A stretch of DNA of 64,000 bases from Alphaproteobacteria bacterium (GTDB taxonomy: Bacteria > Pseudomonadota > Alphaproteobacteria > UBA828). A model generated the notes under the pieces. It did not search any database, was not told where the DNA came from, and worked only from the letters and a program-made list of their open reading frames with translations. The translations under genes were made by a program, and so were the position numbers. Position 1 is the first letter of the stretch. Every line of letters starts with the position of its first letter. Below, piece after piece: positions 38,222 through 48,942 of this stretch. Location: positions 96,001 to 160,000 of the forward strand of contig CAXXVO010000014.1 in assembly GCA_963422645.2 (NCBI GenBank), read 5' to 3'.

Positions 38222-39010
38222 ATGGATATCGACACCTTCAAGCGCCATTTCAGCATGCCGCTCGGCGGCCCGATGTATGAGGCCCCGCCCTATCCCTTCC
38301 GCAACGTGCAGGACCTCATGATCCGTTACGAGGCCGACAGCGCCGCAGTAAGCGAGCTCTTGCCGCCCCATGTCGAGCCCGCCGACGATCCCGCGATCTG
38401 CACCGCCTGGGCTCGCTGGATACCCTTCTCGGCCTTCGGCCCCTACCACGAGGCCTTCGTCATGGTCGACGTGATGCTGCACGGCACGCGCTACATGTAT
38501 CAGCCGACGATCCTGGTGGATAACGACATTCCCCTCGGCGCGGGCCGCGAGATCTGGGGCTACGCCAAGAAGATCGCCGTGATCGAGCACAACTGGGGCG
38601 GCGATGTCATGCCCTATATGGAGCAGCTCCTGCTCACGGTGGAGCGGCCGCGCGGGCAGCGCCTGTTGACCGCCTCGATGGTGTGCGACCGCAAGGCCTC
38701 GCCCGACGAGCTGGCCGAATCGCCGGTGCTCTCCTACCGCCATATCCCGAGCGCGGAAACTGCCGAGCGGCCGAGCGTCTCGGAGCTGGTGCGCCTGGAC
38801 GTCACCGGCGCGCTGCGCAAGAGCGCCGACGGCAGCCCCGAGCTCTACGCCGGCCGTGCTGCGCTCACGCTCGCGAGCACCGCCGCCGACTCATGGCATC
38901 AACTGGCGCCCCTGCGCATCCTCGGGGGCTTCTTCGCCGTCGTCGACTTCGACCTCGACTTTGGCCGCGTAGTGCACGACTACCTCAAGGACCCGGCGGT
39001 CTGGGGCTGA
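38222..39010 (+). CDS. Acetoacetate decarboxylase family protein 2
   Basis: SMP..., PPYPF, GPYHE, GREIWGYAKK, VVHDYL. Confidence 0.88.
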   Translation: MDIDTFKRHFSMPLGGPMYEAPPYPFRNVQDLMIRYEADSAAVSELLPPHVEPADDPAICTAWARWIPFSAFGPYHEAFVMVDVMLHGTRYMYQPTILVDNDIPLGAGREIWGYAKKIAVIEHNWGGDVMPYMEQLLLTVERPRGQRLLTASMVCDRKASPDELAESPVLSYRHIPSAETAERPSVSELVRLDVTGALRKSADGSPELYAGRAALTLASTAADSWHQLAPLRILGGFFAVVDFDLDFGRVVHDYLKDPAVWG

Positions 39011-39561
39011 GGATCGGCGGCCGGCTCGATCGGGCAGCGCGTCTCTTCGAGCTGGAGCATCGCGAGCATGCGGCCGAAACCGATGTACTGGCCGATCATC
39101 ATGAGCAATTCCAGTGTCTCAGCCTGGGAGAAGTGCTGCCGCAACACACGCATCGCCGCATCGTCGAAGGCGTGATGATCGAGCGTCATCTGCTCGGCAA
39201 TTCGGAGCGCCGCTCGTTCCCGGGGCGAGAATGCCGCCTCGGCCGGCTCATCGACCCCGATCGCGGCCTCGCGCTCGCTCACGTCGCTCGGCGCGAGCCG
39301 CGCCGCCTTGCAGGTCTTGCAGCCGTTGAGGGTCGCGATGCGCAGTCTCACCAGCTCCTTGATGCGGCTCTCCAGCAGGCTTCCCGGCTCGCTCGCGTGG
39401 AAGGGATAGTAGAAGGCGAGATATCGCTCGAGGATGTCCGGATGCGCCGCGAAGGCGCGCGCGCAATGGCGGGTGGACCAGTCGTTCTCCGCCGCACCGT
39501 CGTGCATGGTCTTGAGGAAGGGCGGCAAGTCTTGCGGATCGGCGAGCGGCAGTCTGGACAT
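38980..39561 (-). CDS. Carboxymuconolactone decarboxylase/AhpD family protein
   Basis: KELVRLRIATLNGCKTC (CxxC), FSPRERAAL. Confidence 0.88.
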   Translation of the reverse strand: MSRLPLADPQDLPPFLKTMHDGAAENDWSTRHCARAFAAHPDILERYLAFYYPFHASEPGSLLESRIKELVRLRIATLNGCKTCKAARLAPSDVSEREAAIGVDEPAEAAFSPRERAALRIAEQMTLDHHAFDDAAMRVLRQHFSQAETLELLMMIGQYIGFGRMLAMLQLEETRCPIEPAADPQPQTAGSLR

Positions 39562-39635
39562 TCGCAACGCTCCTTCGACGAGGCAGGGGCGACGTGTGAC
39601 ACTATCGCACGGAATCACGAGGGAGATTTGAGAGC

Positions 39636-40448
39636 ATGTCCGACGTAGCGGGGAAGGTTGCACTCATCACCGGCGGCGGCACCGGGATCGGCAAGGGCAT
39701 CGCGCTGCTCTTCGGGCGGGAGGGTATGAAGCTCGCCCTCAACGGGCTGGAGCATGCGCCGACCGACGACAATCAGTACGAAACGAAGCACATCGGCGGT
39801 TACTCCGCGGCGCAGGCTGTGGCGGACGAGATCGGCGGCGACGCCATCGCCATCGATGCGGACGTGGCCGACGCCGCAGCCGTCGAGGCCATGTTCGCGC
39901 AGACGGTGGAGCACTTCGGCCGGGTCGATGTCGTGGTCAACGCGGCCGGCGTGATCACCGCCCGCCCGATCGCCGAGATGAGCGAGGCGGAGTGGGACAA
40001 CATCATGGACGTGAACGCCAAGGGCACGTTCCTGGTGAACAAGGCGGCGGTCATCCGGATGCGCGCGCAAGGGGACGGCGGCCGGATCATCAACATCTCA
40101 TCGGTTGCGGGAAAATTCGGCACGGCGACTCTCGCGCACTACTGCGCGTCCAAGTTCGCTGTGATCGGTTTCTCGAACGCGCTCGCCAAGGAAGTCGCGC
40201 GCGAAGGCATTACAGTGAACTGCATCTGCCCCGGCATCGTGGGCACGCAGATGTGGACGCTGCTCAACGACTCCTTCGCGGAGCCGGGGGAGACGCCGGA
40301 GCAAGTCTATGCCCGCGCCATCGAGCACTTCATTCCCCAGGGCATTCCGCAGACCGAGGAAGACATGGCGGAGCTCGCGCTCTATCTCGTGCGCGCCCCC
40401 CATGTCACCGGCCAGGCCATCAATCTCGACGGCGGCGCCGCGCTGTAA
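39636..40448 (+). CDS. SDR family oxidoreductase
   Basis: TGGGTGIG, NAAG, YCASK, CPGIVGT. Confidence 0.93.
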   Translation: MSDVAGKVALITGGGTGIGKGIALLFGREGMKLALNGLEHAPTDDNQYETKHIGGYSAAQAVADEIGGDAIAIDADVADAAAVEAMFAQTVEHFGRVDVVVNAAGVITARPIAEMSEAEWDNIMDVNAKGTFLVNKAAVIRMRAQGDGGRIINISSVAGKFGTATLAHYCASKFAVIGFSNALAKEVAREGITVNCICPGIVGTQMWTLLNDSFAEPGETPEQVYARAIEHFIPQGIPQTEEDMAELALYLVRAPHVTGQAINLDGGAAL

Positions 40449-40475
40449 AGCCGGAGCCGGGCCGCCCCACCCGAG

Positions 40476-42086
40476 TCACGACGTGCGGATCAGGTCGGCG
40501 GCCTTCTCCGCGATCATGATGACAGGCGAGGCGGTGTTGCCCGAGGTGATCCGGGGCATGATCGAGGCGTCCACGACGCGAAGACCCTTCAGCCCGTGCA
40601 CGCGCAAGTCCGAGTCCACGACCGCGTGCGGGTCTTGCCCCATCTTGCACGTCCCGACCGGGTGGAAGATCGTGGTCGCGATGTTGCCGACCTCTTTCAC
40701 GAGGTCGTCGTCGGACTGGACCTCGGGTCCGGGGAGCAGCTCCTTCGGCGCGTAACGCTTCAACGCCTTGGCCGTCATGATCCGGCGGACCTGGTGGATG
40801 GACTTGACCGCGATGTTGCGGTCGTGCGCGGTCGAGAGGTAGTTCGGCTTGATCTCCGGCTGTGTGGCTAGATCCGTGGTGGTCACGTGACAGGTCCCGC
40901 GGCTCTCCGGGCGCAGGTTGCACACCGACATCGTGATGGCGGGGTAGGGGTGGAGCGGGTCGCCCAGCCGGTCGGTGGAGAGCGGCTGGACGTGATACTC
41001 CAGGTCGGGCGTCGCGAGCGCGGGATCGGACTTCGTGAACATGCCGAACTGGCTCGGCGCCATCGACATCGGGCCGCTCCGGCGCAACGCGTACTCGAGG
41101 ACGATGCCCGCCTTCCCCCAGAGACTGTTCGCGAGCGTATTCAGAGTCTGCGCGTCCTGCACCCCGTAGACCGTGCGGATCTGCAGGTGATCCATCAGGT
41201 TCTCGCCCACGCCAGGGTTCTCGTGCGCGACCTCGATACCGAGCCCGGCGAGCCGCTCGGGCTGACCGATGCCGGACAGCTCCAGAATCTTGGGCGAGTT
41301 GATGGACCCTGCGGCCAGCAGCACCTCGGCATCGGCGTGCGCCTCACGCCGGGCCCCCTTGTGGCGATAGACAAGGCCGTGCACCGCGCGGCCTTCGAGG
41401 ATCAGACGCTCGGTCTCTGCCTGGAGGACGACGCGCAGGTTGGGCCGCTTCATCGCCGGCTTGAGGAAACCCCTGGCCGTGGTCCAGCGCACGCCCTTGC
41501 GCTGGTTCACCTCGAAGAAGCCCGAGCCCTCGTTGTCACCGTCGTTGAAGTCGGCGCGGGGCTCGATGCCGAACTCTTTCGCGCCCTCCTGCACCGCTTC
41601 CAGGATGTCCCAACTCAGCCGCTGCGTCGTGACCTTCCAGCCGCCGCCGGTGCCGTGCATCGGGCTTGCGCCGGCGTAGTGGTCCTCGGACTTGAGGAAG
41701 TAGGGCAGGACATCGTCCCAGCCCCAGCCGAGGTTGCCCAGCTGGCGCCAGAGATCGTAGTCCGCCGCCTGCCCGCGCATGTAGATCATGCCGTTGACCG
41801 CGGTGCAGCCGCCCAGCACCTTGCCGCGGGGGTAGACCAGGCTGCGCCCGTTGAGACCGGGCTCGGGCGCCGTCTTCATCATCCAGTCGGTGCGCGGGTT
41901 GCCGATGCAGTAGAGGTAGCCCACCGGAATATGGACCCAGTGGTAGGCGTCGCTGCGCCCGGCCTCGAGCAGCAGCACACGTGTGCGAGGGTCTTCGGTC
42001 AAGCGGTTGGCGAGCACGCACCCGGCCGTGCCGGCGCCCACGATGATGTAGTCGTAGCGGCCGTCGAGCGGTACGGGGGCTGCCAC
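40476..42086 (-). CDS. GMC oxidoreductase (choline dehydrogenase-like)
   Basis: [32 protein letters not shown]. Confidence 0.94.
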   Translation of the reverse strand: MAAPVPLDGRYDYIIVGAGTAGCVLANRLTEDPRTRVLLLEAGRSDAYHWVHIPVGYLYCIGNPRTDWMMKTAPEPGLNGRSLVYPRGKVLGGCTAVNGMIYMRGQAADYDLWRQLGNLGWGWDDVLPYFLKSEDHYAGASPMHGTGGGWKVTTQRLSWDILEAVQEGAKEFGIEPRADFNDGDNEGSGFFEVNQRKGVRWTTARGFLKPAMKRPNLRVVLQAETERLILEGRAVHGLVYRHKGARREAHADAEVLLAAGSINSPKILELSGIGQPERLAGLGIEVAHENPGVGENLMDHLQIRTVYGVQDAQTLNTLANSLWGKAGIVLEYALRRSGPMSMAPSQFGMFTKSDPALATPDLEYHVQPLSTDRLGDPLHPYPAITMSVCNLRPESRGTCHVTTTDLATQPEIKPNYLSTAHDRNIAVKSIHQVRRIMTAKALKRYAPKELLPGPEVQSDDDLVKEVGNIATTIFHPVGTCKMGQDPHAVVDSDLRVHGLKGLRVVDASIMPRITSGNTASPVIMIAEKAADLIRTS

Positions 42087-42101
42087 GCGAGATCCTACGC
42101 G

Positions 42102-44801
42102 CTACATCGAAAGGCCGAGCCGGCCGCGGGTGAGCTGGAACTCGGTCACCCCGCGCGACCAGAGCGCCGGCCGGTAGCGGGCGGACGCGACGTCGGCGAT
42201 CAGCGCAGCCAGCGCGGCGACCGTTTCCTGGATACTCTGTTCCGGCACCAGGACGCGATCCAGGTCCCTGCCGTACTGTGCCGCGATCTCAGGCTCGGCC
42301 GTCACCTGGACGAGGGGGAGCATCGGATGCCCCTGCAGCGGGGTTTGCCCGACGTGGCAGAGCATCAGATCGACCCCCGTCGCGCCGAGGCCCGTGAACG
42401 CCTCCACGGGGTTCTGCGTCGGGGTCTCCATGATGTGGAACCCGGCGTCGGCCGCGGGCCGGCCGAACGCGAGCGAGGTCGGGGGCGCTACGCCATCGGG
42501 GAACACGGCGCGTCGGAACCCGTCGTTGCCGAGCAGACCTTCATTGTCGGGCACGACCACCGTCGCGCCGGCCGCGACGAGGCTCGTGGCGAGGCGGCCG
42601 AACGCTTCCCCCATCGCTCGTGTCAACGGCCCATGCGCGGCAAGCGCCACGCGCACCTCATCCGCGCCGACGCGCCGCCGCTCGGATGCAGGCGCGGCGT
42701 GGGCCGCCGCCATTGCCTCGAGCTGCCCGGTCACCTTGTCCTTGACGCTGGCGATGCCGCCGTCTAGCTGCACGCTCGCCCAGCCGAAGCGCTCCGCCGC
42801 GACGCCGTGTTCGGCCAGGTGATTGCGCACCGCGTCGTTGTGGGTCATCTCGCAGCCGTGCTCCAGCAGCACCGCGTGGCGCACGCTCCGATGCGCGAGG
42901 TGGCCGGTAAGCGTGTCGAGGTAGAGGCCGGCACCGTTGGCCGAGCCGCAGCCTTCCGTGTGCACGAGTGCCACGAAGCGCGACACGTCGCTCCATGCTG
43001 GCGGGTTGGCATCGAGCTCCTCGGCGATGAGGCGCGCGACCTGGCCGGAGCAGAGGCTGGTCGGCATCACCAATGCAATCTGATCCGAGGCCACGCCCTC
43101 CTCGGTGACCACCGCGTCGAAGGCGAGGTCGAGGGGCGGTGCGTTCTTTACCGCCACGGGCCGCCCGTTGGGGACAGGATGCCCGCGCGCCTCCTCCAGC
43201 CCATGCCCGTCGGTGCGCGGCCAGTCGCGCCAGATCGAGACCTGCGCGTGGCCGGCAAGCTCCCCCTTGCTGCGCTGCCCGGACGCGATGTCGAGCGCGA
43301 GCTCGAAGGTCTCCGCGCCGAGCGCGTCCATCTCCATGCCGTCGTTATAGCGGCCGGCGTTTACGTCCATCTCGTTTGCGAGCAGCTCGAAGCGCCCGGT
43401 GGTGGTCACGAACTTGAGCGTCGGCACGAAGGGGAAGTTGGTGATCGAGCCGTTGCCGGTGATGAAGAGGATGAGGTTGGAGCCCGCCGCCACTTGGCCC
43501 GCGATGCTCTCCAGGTCGTTGCCGGGGCTGTCCATGAAGTAGTAGCCCGGCTCGCGCATGGGCTCGCCGTAGTCGATGACGTGGTCGAGCCGGACCTCCG
43601 GCGCCTTCTTGCGGGCGGCGCCGAGCGACTTCAAAGCTATGTTGTAGAGCCCGCGAAAATTATTCCCGCCCGTGGGGTTCCCTTCCGCCGTGGCCCCGTG
43701 ATTCGCCGCATAGCGCTTGAAGTTCTCGATCTTCTGCAGGAACGCGCCGGCCGTGGCGGCGTCGCGGACGTTCTCCAGCACGTAGGGCTCCGCGCCGATG
43801 AGCTCGTCGGTCTCGGCCAGGTTCGCGGCGCCTCCATGGCGGATGACCTCCTTCGCCACCCAGCCGGCGAGCGCGTTGCCGGAGACACCTGAGAACGCGT
43901 CCGAGCCGCCGCACTGAAGGGCGAGACGAAGGTTGCCTGCGGGCTCCGCTGTGCGGCGCGCGGCCGCGACCTCCGGCAGCCAGCCTTCGATCAGCGCCGT
44001 CGCGCGCCCGACCTCCTCCTCGAACCCGCCCTCGATACGCAAGAACGCATGCGGCACGTGGTCGAGCCGGTCGTTGCGGTCTGCCATGAATCGCTGCAGG
44101 TCGTCGTTGGTGTAAGCGCCTGCGCCGTCATCGGCCGCGAGCACTGCGCCCACGTTAGGGTGCACCATGAAGCCCGCGAGCACCCGGAGCACGTGACCAA
44201 GATTGTTCGACCGACCGGCGCCGCCGCCTTCGGTATGGGTGACCGCGACCACGCCGTCGATCCCAGCGGGCGCCCTGGCCGCTGCGCGGTCCGCCACCGC
44301 GCGTACGAAGCCGTTGGCGCGTGACGTGGTGGCCACCACCACGACGAAGTTGCGGGTGCCGACGCCCCGCCCGCCGGGGCGGCGGAAGCCCTCGAAGGTG
44401 GCGCCGTCATCGGCAGGCGCGACCTGCGCGCCCGGCGCGAAGCTGGCCTTGTCCAGCGAATAGGTCTCCATGGTGTCAACGAAGTTGGCGGTGTCGGGCA
44501 GCGCGAAGTCGATATCGCGGGCCGCCAGCGCCGCCAGAATCCTCTCGTTGCAGACGTATTCGCCGGGCTCCAGGGCGCGGGTTGCGATGCCGAAGGGGAG
44601 CCCCCAGGAGGTGACCTGCGCGCCTTGCCGGACCGGCACGCGGACGAAGCGATGCCCTTCGAGTACCGTGTGGGGCAGGCGGAACTCCCCCCTCCCGTCC
44701 CCAACGAGGGTGCTGGCTTCCAGGCGCCGCGTCGCGATCGCGACGTTGTCTGCCGGTGCCGGAACCCGGGCCACCCGGTCGAATTCCAAACGGTCACGCA
44801 T
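42102..44801 (-). CDS. UxaA/GarD-family dehydratase with tandem-duplicated catalytic region
   Basis: SAF domain (DNVAIA), GTRN, CGGSD, DSPGND; second copy with HTEGC, HGCE and TGLGATG. Confidence 0.88.
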   Translation of the reverse strand: MRDRLEFDRVARVPAPADNVAIATRRLEASTLVGDGRGEFRLPHTVLEGHRFVRVPVRQGAQVTSWGLPFGIATRALEPGEYVCNERILAALAARDIDFALPDTANFVDTMETYSLDKASFAPGAQVAPADDGATFEGFRRPGGRGVGTRNFVVVVATTSRANGFVRAVADRAAARAPAGIDGVVAVTHTEGGGAGRSNNLGHVLRVLAGFMVHPNVGAVLAADDGAGAYTNDDLQRFMADRNDRLDHVPHAFLRIEGGFEEEVGRATALIEGWLPEVAAARRTAEPAGNLRLALQCGGSDAFSGVSGNALAGWVAKEVIRHGGAANLAETDELIGAEPYVLENVRDAATAGAFLQKIENFKRYAANHGATAEGNPTGGNNFRGLYNIALKSLGAARKKAPEVRLDHVIDYGEPMREPGYYFMDSPGNDLESIAGQVAAGSNLILFITGNGSITNFPFVPTLKFVTTTGRFELLANEMDVNAGRYNDGMEMDALGAETFELALDIASGQRSKGELAGHAQVSIWRDWPRTDGHGLEEARGHPVPNGRPVAVKNAPPLDLAFDAVVTEEGVASDQIALVMPTSLCSGQVARLIAEELDANPPAWSDVSRFVALVHTEGCGSANGAGLYLDTLTGHLAHRSVRHAVLLEHGCEMTHNDAVRNHLAEHGVAAERFGWASVQLDGGIASVKDKVTGQLEAMAAAHAAPASERRRVGADEVRVALAAHGPLTRAMGEAFGRLATSLVAAGATVVVPDNEGLLGNDGFRRAVFPDGVAPPTSLAFGRPAADAGFHIMETPTQNPVEAFTGLGATGVDLMLCHVGQTPLQGHPMLPLVQVTAEPEIAAQYGRDLDRVLVPEQSIQETVAALAALIADVASARYRPALWSRGVTEFQLTRGRLGLSM

Positions 44802-44977
44802 CGCGTCTTCCCTGGTTCGGCGTGCCGCCTGTGGCACGGTCGCCTTCATTATCGGGAAACGCCGCCGAAGGGGAGTCTCAGAGAGTCGCGGGATGCTGCC
44901 TCGCCCCGGTTTACGCCCGCATCGCTGCGCCCTATCGTCCGCCGCAAGAAGGATCCAATGGCAGAGGGCGGCGGCGC

Positions 44978-46147
44978 ATGGCGATCCACTTCACGAGGGA
45001 CGAGTTCGACCAGCGTCGCGACTCGGTGGTACGCGCGCTCAAGGGGCGCGGCCTCTTCGGCATCCTGCTCTTCAAGCAGGAGAGCATGTACTACCTGACG
45101 GGCTACGACACCTTCGGGTTCTGCTTTTTCCAGTGCCTCTGGCTCGGCAGCGACGGGCGCATGACCCTGCTCACCCGCGCGCCGGACCTCAGGCAAGCGC
45201 AGCACACCTCGATCATCGACGACATCCGCATCTGGGTCGACGAGGCCGGCGCGGACCCCGCCGGCGCGCTGCGCGACGTGGTCACCGGGCATGGCGGGGC
45301 CGGCACGCTGATCGGCGTTGAGCGCGACACCCAAGGGTTAACGGCGGCGAACTGGCTCAAGGTTGAGCGGGCGTTCGGCGAGTTCTGTACGCTGGAGGAC
45401 GCGTCGGACCTGGTCTCCGCGCTCCGTCGGGTCAAGAGCGACGATGAGCTCGCCCATGTGCGTCGCGCGGCCGAACTCGCCGACGATGCCCTGGCGGAGG
45501 CCGAGCGGCTGGCCGCGCCGGGCGCGTTCGAGGGCGATATCCTGGCGGCGATGCAAGGCGCGGTCTTTCGGGGCGGCGGCGAGTATCCCGGCAATCCCTT
45601 CATTCTCAGCTCCGGTCCCGACGCGCTGCTGTGCCGGGACAAGGCCGGGCGCCGCCGGCTCGCGGAGCAGGACCAGCTCACCCTCGAGTTTGCCGGCGCG
45701 TATTGCCGCTACCACGCCGCGCTGATGCGCACGCTCGTGATCGGCCCGGTCTCCGACGCGCACAAGGCCATGCACCGCGCGTGCAGCGACGCTCTCGACG
45801 CGTGCCGGGACACGCTGCAACCCGGCCGGCGCTTCGGCGAGGTCTTCGACGCCCATGCGCGGGTGCTCGACAAGGCGGGCTATCGCAAGCATCGCCTCAA
45901 CGCCTGCGGCTACAGCCTGGGCGCGACCTTTGCACCGTCGTGGATGGACGGACCCATGTTCTATACCGGCAATCCGCAAAGCGTGGAGCCCGGCATGGTG
46001 CTCTTCGTTCACATCATCCTCGCGAACAGCGATGACGGGCTCGCCATGACCCTCGGCGAGACCTACGCCATCACCGATGACGGCCCGGAGTGCCTGAGCC
46101 GGGCGCCTCACAATCTCGCGCCGGGCGGTGAGGAGGCCGCCGGATAA
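44978..46147 (+). CDS. M24 (Xaa-Pro peptidase/creatinase/ectoine hydrolase-like) amidohydrolase
   Basis: YYLTGYD, RRVKS..E, RYHAALMRT, GYSLG; the usual metal ligands appear replaced. Confidence 0.88.
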   Translation: MAIHFTRDEFDQRRDSVVRALKGRGLFGILLFKQESMYYLTGYDTFGFCFFQCLWLGSDGRMTLLTRAPDLRQAQHTSIIDDIRIWVDEAGADPAGALRDVVTGHGGAGTLIGVERDTQGLTAANWLKVERAFGEFCTLEDASDLVSALRRVKSDDELAHVRRAAELADDALAEAERLAAPGAFEGDILAAMQGAVFRGGGEYPGNPFILSSGPDALLCRDKAGRRRLAEQDQLTLEFAGAYCRYHAALMRTLVIGPVSDAHKAMHRACSDALDACRDTLQPGRRFGEVFDAHARVLDKAGYRKHRLNACGYSLGATFAPSWMDGPMFYTGNPQSVEPGMVLFVHIILANSDDGLAMTLGETYAITDDGPECLSRAPHNLAPGGEEAAG

Positions 46148-46150
46148 GCC

Positions 46151-47773
46151 ATGTACGAGGTCGCGCTCACCGAGGCCTACTTCCCGGCGCAGACGGATAT
46201 CGACGTTCGCGACATCACCGTCGGCGGGTTGCTGCGCGAGATGGCGGCGCGGCGTCCCGATGCGGAGGCGCTGGTCGAGGTCCGGCAATCCGGTGAGATC
46301 GGGCGACGCTGGAGCTATGGGGCGTTGCTTGCCGATGGCGAGCGGCTGGCCGGCGCGCTGACGGCGCGCTTCCGCCCGGGCGAGCGGGTCGTCGTCTGGG
46401 CGCCCAACAGCCCCGAATGGGTGCTGATGGAATACGCCTGCGCCCTCGCCGGGCTGGTGCTGGTCACGGCGAACCCGGCCTACCAAGTAGGGGAGCTTCG
46501 CTACGTGCTCGAGCAATCGGGGGCCGTGGCGTTGTTCCTGGTCCGTGAATTCCGGGGCAACCCGATGGCCGAGATCGGCGCCGCTGCCGCCGACGGCCTG
46601 GGCGCGGTTCGCGAAATCGTCGACATGAACGATGCGGCGGCACTCCAAGCCGCAGCCGGGGAGGGGGCGCAGGCGTTGCCCGATGTCTCGCCCGGCGATG
46701 CGGCGCAGATTCAATACACCTCGGGCACGACCGGCTTCCCCAAGGGCGCGGTACTGAGCCATCGCGGACTGGTCAACAATGCGCGCTACTACGCGGGCCG
46801 CTGCGGCGTGACCGAGAGCACCACCTGGATCAATCCCATGCCGATGTTCCATACCAGCGGGTGCGGCATGTTGACCCTGGGCTCGCTCCAGGCCGGCTGC
46901 CGGATGGTCCTGGTCAGCCTCTTCGACCCGCACGCCATCGTCGGCCTGATCGAAAGCCAGAAGGCCAGCATCGCTCTCGGTGTGCCGACGATGATTCTCG
47001 CCATGCTGGACGCCCAGGAGGCGTCTCCCCGCGATGTCTCCACCCTGGAACTGATCAGCAGCGGCGGCGCCATGGTGGCGCCCGAGCTGGTGCGCCGCAC
47101 GCAGCGGACCTTCGGTTGCGCGTTCTCCACCCTTTATGGGCAAACCGAGCACAGCCCGGTCATCACCCAGCACCATGACGGCGACAGTATCGACGACATC
47201 AGCAACACGGTGGGGCAGCCCATTCCGCAAACCGAAGTCTCGATCCGGCGGGTTGCCGACAACCGGACCGCAGCCATCGACGAGATCGGCGAAATCTGCG
47301 CCCGCAGCCCCAGCGTCATGCTGGGCTATCACGACAACGACGCGGCGACGGTCGAGGCCATCGACGCCGAGGGCTGGCTGCATTCCGGCGACCTCGGACG
47401 CATGGATGCGCGCGGCTACGTCACGATCACCGGCCGGGTGAAGGAGATGATCATCCGTGGCGGGGAGAACCACTTTCCCGCCGAGATCGAGAACGTCCTG
47501 CTGGAGCACGCAAGCGTGGCCGAGGTCGCCGTGGTCGGGCTGCCCGACGAGACCTGGGGCGAGGTGATCGCCGCCTTCGTTCGGACCGAGGGCGGCCAGG
47601 AGCTCGACCGGGACGCCCTGCACGCCCATTGCCGGGCGCGCCTCTCGCCCCAGAAGACGCCCACCCTCTGGTGCCGTGTCGACGCGTTTCCGATGACTGG
47701 CTCGGGCAAGATCCAGAATTTCAGGCTGCGGGACGGCTACATCGCAGGGCAGTACCGGGGAGGGCCACGATGA
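46151..47773 (+). CDS. Acyl-CoA synthetase (AMP-binding)
   Basis: YTSGTTGFPKG, YGQTE, SGDLG, GRVKEMIIRGG, GKIQ. Confidence 0.95.
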   Translation: MYEVALTEAYFPAQTDIDVRDITVGGLLREMAARRPDAEALVEVRQSGEIGRRWSYGALLADGERLAGALTARFRPGERVVVWAPNSPEWVLMEYACALAGLVLVTANPAYQVGELRYVLEQSGAVALFLVREFRGNPMAEIGAAAADGLGAVREIVDMNDAAALQAAAGEGAQALPDVSPGDAAQIQYTSGTTGFPKGAVLSHRGLVNNARYYAGRCGVTESTTWINPMPMFHTSGCGMLTLGSLQAGCRMVLVSLFDPHAIVGLIESQKASIALGVPTMILAMLDAQEASPRDVSTLELISSGGAMVAPELVRRTQRTFGCAFSTLYGQTEHSPVITQHHDGDSIDDISNTVGQPIPQTEVSIRRVADNRTAAIDEIGEICARSPSVMLGYHDNDAATVEAIDAEGWLHSGDLGRMDARGYVTITGRVKEMIIRGGENHFPAEIENVLLEHASVAEVAVVGLPDETWGEVIAAFVRTEGGQELDRDALHAHCRARLSPQKTPTLWCRVDAFPMTGSGKIQNFRLRDGYIAGQYRGGPR

Positions 47774-48642
47774 CGACGCCGGTCCTCTACGAACGCGACG
47801 GACGAATTGCGCGGATCACCCTGAACCGCCCCGAGGTGCTGAACGCCATCGACGGCGAACTGCCGGGCGCGCTCGCGGGCGCCGTCGCGCAGGCCGATGC
47901 CGATCCCGCAGTCCATGTGATGGTGCTCTCGGGCGCCGGTCGCGCCTTCTGCGCCGGCTACGACCTCACGCGCTATGCGAGCGGAGACGTTAGCGCCGAC
48001 GACGGCGGATACAGGGGCCAGGAGATGCCCTGGGACCCCATCCAGGACTACGCCTTCATGTGGGCGAACACCCAGCACTTCATGGCGCTCTGGCGGGCTT
48101 TGAAGCCTGTGATCTGCAAGGTGCACGGCTTCGCGCTCGCCGGCGGCTCCGACATCGCGCTCTGTGCCGACCTCACGCTCGTCGCAGACGACGCTGAGAT
48201 CGGCTACATGCCGGCGCGGGTCTGGGGCTGCCCCACGACTGCCATGTGGGTCTATCGGCTGGGGCCCGAGAAGGCGAAGAGGATGCTCTTCACCGGCGAC
48301 AGTATCACCGGCAGGGAGGCCGCCGACATGGGCCTCGTCTTGAAGGCCGTGCCTGCGGCTGAGCTCGACGACGAGGTGGAGGCGCTGGCCCGGCGCATGG
48401 CGAGCGTGCCGATCAACCAGCTGGCCATGCAGAAGCTGGTCATCAATCAGGCGATCGAAGCCAGCGGCCTCATGAATACCCAACGGCTCGCCACGATCTT
48501 CGACGGCATTACGCGCCATTCGCCGGAAGGGATGAACTTCAAGAAGCGGGCCGAAGAGGTTGGCTGGAAGCAAGCCGTGCAGGAACGCGATACCGGCACC
48601 TTCGATTGGACTTTGGATGAGCCGATCGAAGACTCAGATTGA
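47770..48642 (+). CDS. Crotonase/enoyl-CoA hydratase family protein
   Basis: ITLNRPEVLNA, AFCAGYD, KVHGFALAGG; ATGA overlap with the upstream gene. Confidence 0.92.
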   Translation: MTTPVLYERDGRIARITLNRPEVLNAIDGELPGALAGAVAQADADPAVHVMVLSGAGRAFCAGYDLTRYASGDVSADDGGYRGQEMPWDPIQDYAFMWANTQHFMALWRALKPVICKVHGFALAGGSDIALCADLTLVADDAEIGYMPARVWGCPTTAMWVYRLGPEKAKRMLFTGDSITGREAADMGLVLKAVPAAELDDEVEALARRMASVPINQLAMQKLVINQAIEASGLMNTQRLATIFDGITRHSPEGMNFKKRAEEVGWKQAVQERDTGTFDWTLDEPIEDSD

Positions 48643-48666
48643 CCCCCATGTTGTACCAGCAAGCAG

Positions 48667-48942
48667 ATGCTGGCGATCGCCCGCGCGCCGATGTCGGAGC
48701 CCCACATCCTGGTGATCGACGAGCCCTCCGTCGGGCTCGCGCCGATCCTGGTCAGCCGGGTGATCGCCAAGATCAGGGAGCTGAAGGAGCAGCGCAGTCT
48801 GACCGTGCTGATGGCCGAGCAGAACTTCAACCAGGCGATCAAGATTGCCGACCGCGGCTACATCATCGTACACGGCGAGATTGCCTTCGCCGCCGATCTC
48901 TCCGAGAACGAGATGGTCAAGCAGTACTACCTCGGCGCCTGA
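48667..48942 (+). pseudogene. 5'-truncated LivF-like ABC ATPase fragment
   Basis: Only QMLAIAR..DEPSVGLAP..EQN..YYLGA remains; Walker A is absent and the upstream gene ends at 48642. Confidence 0.85.
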
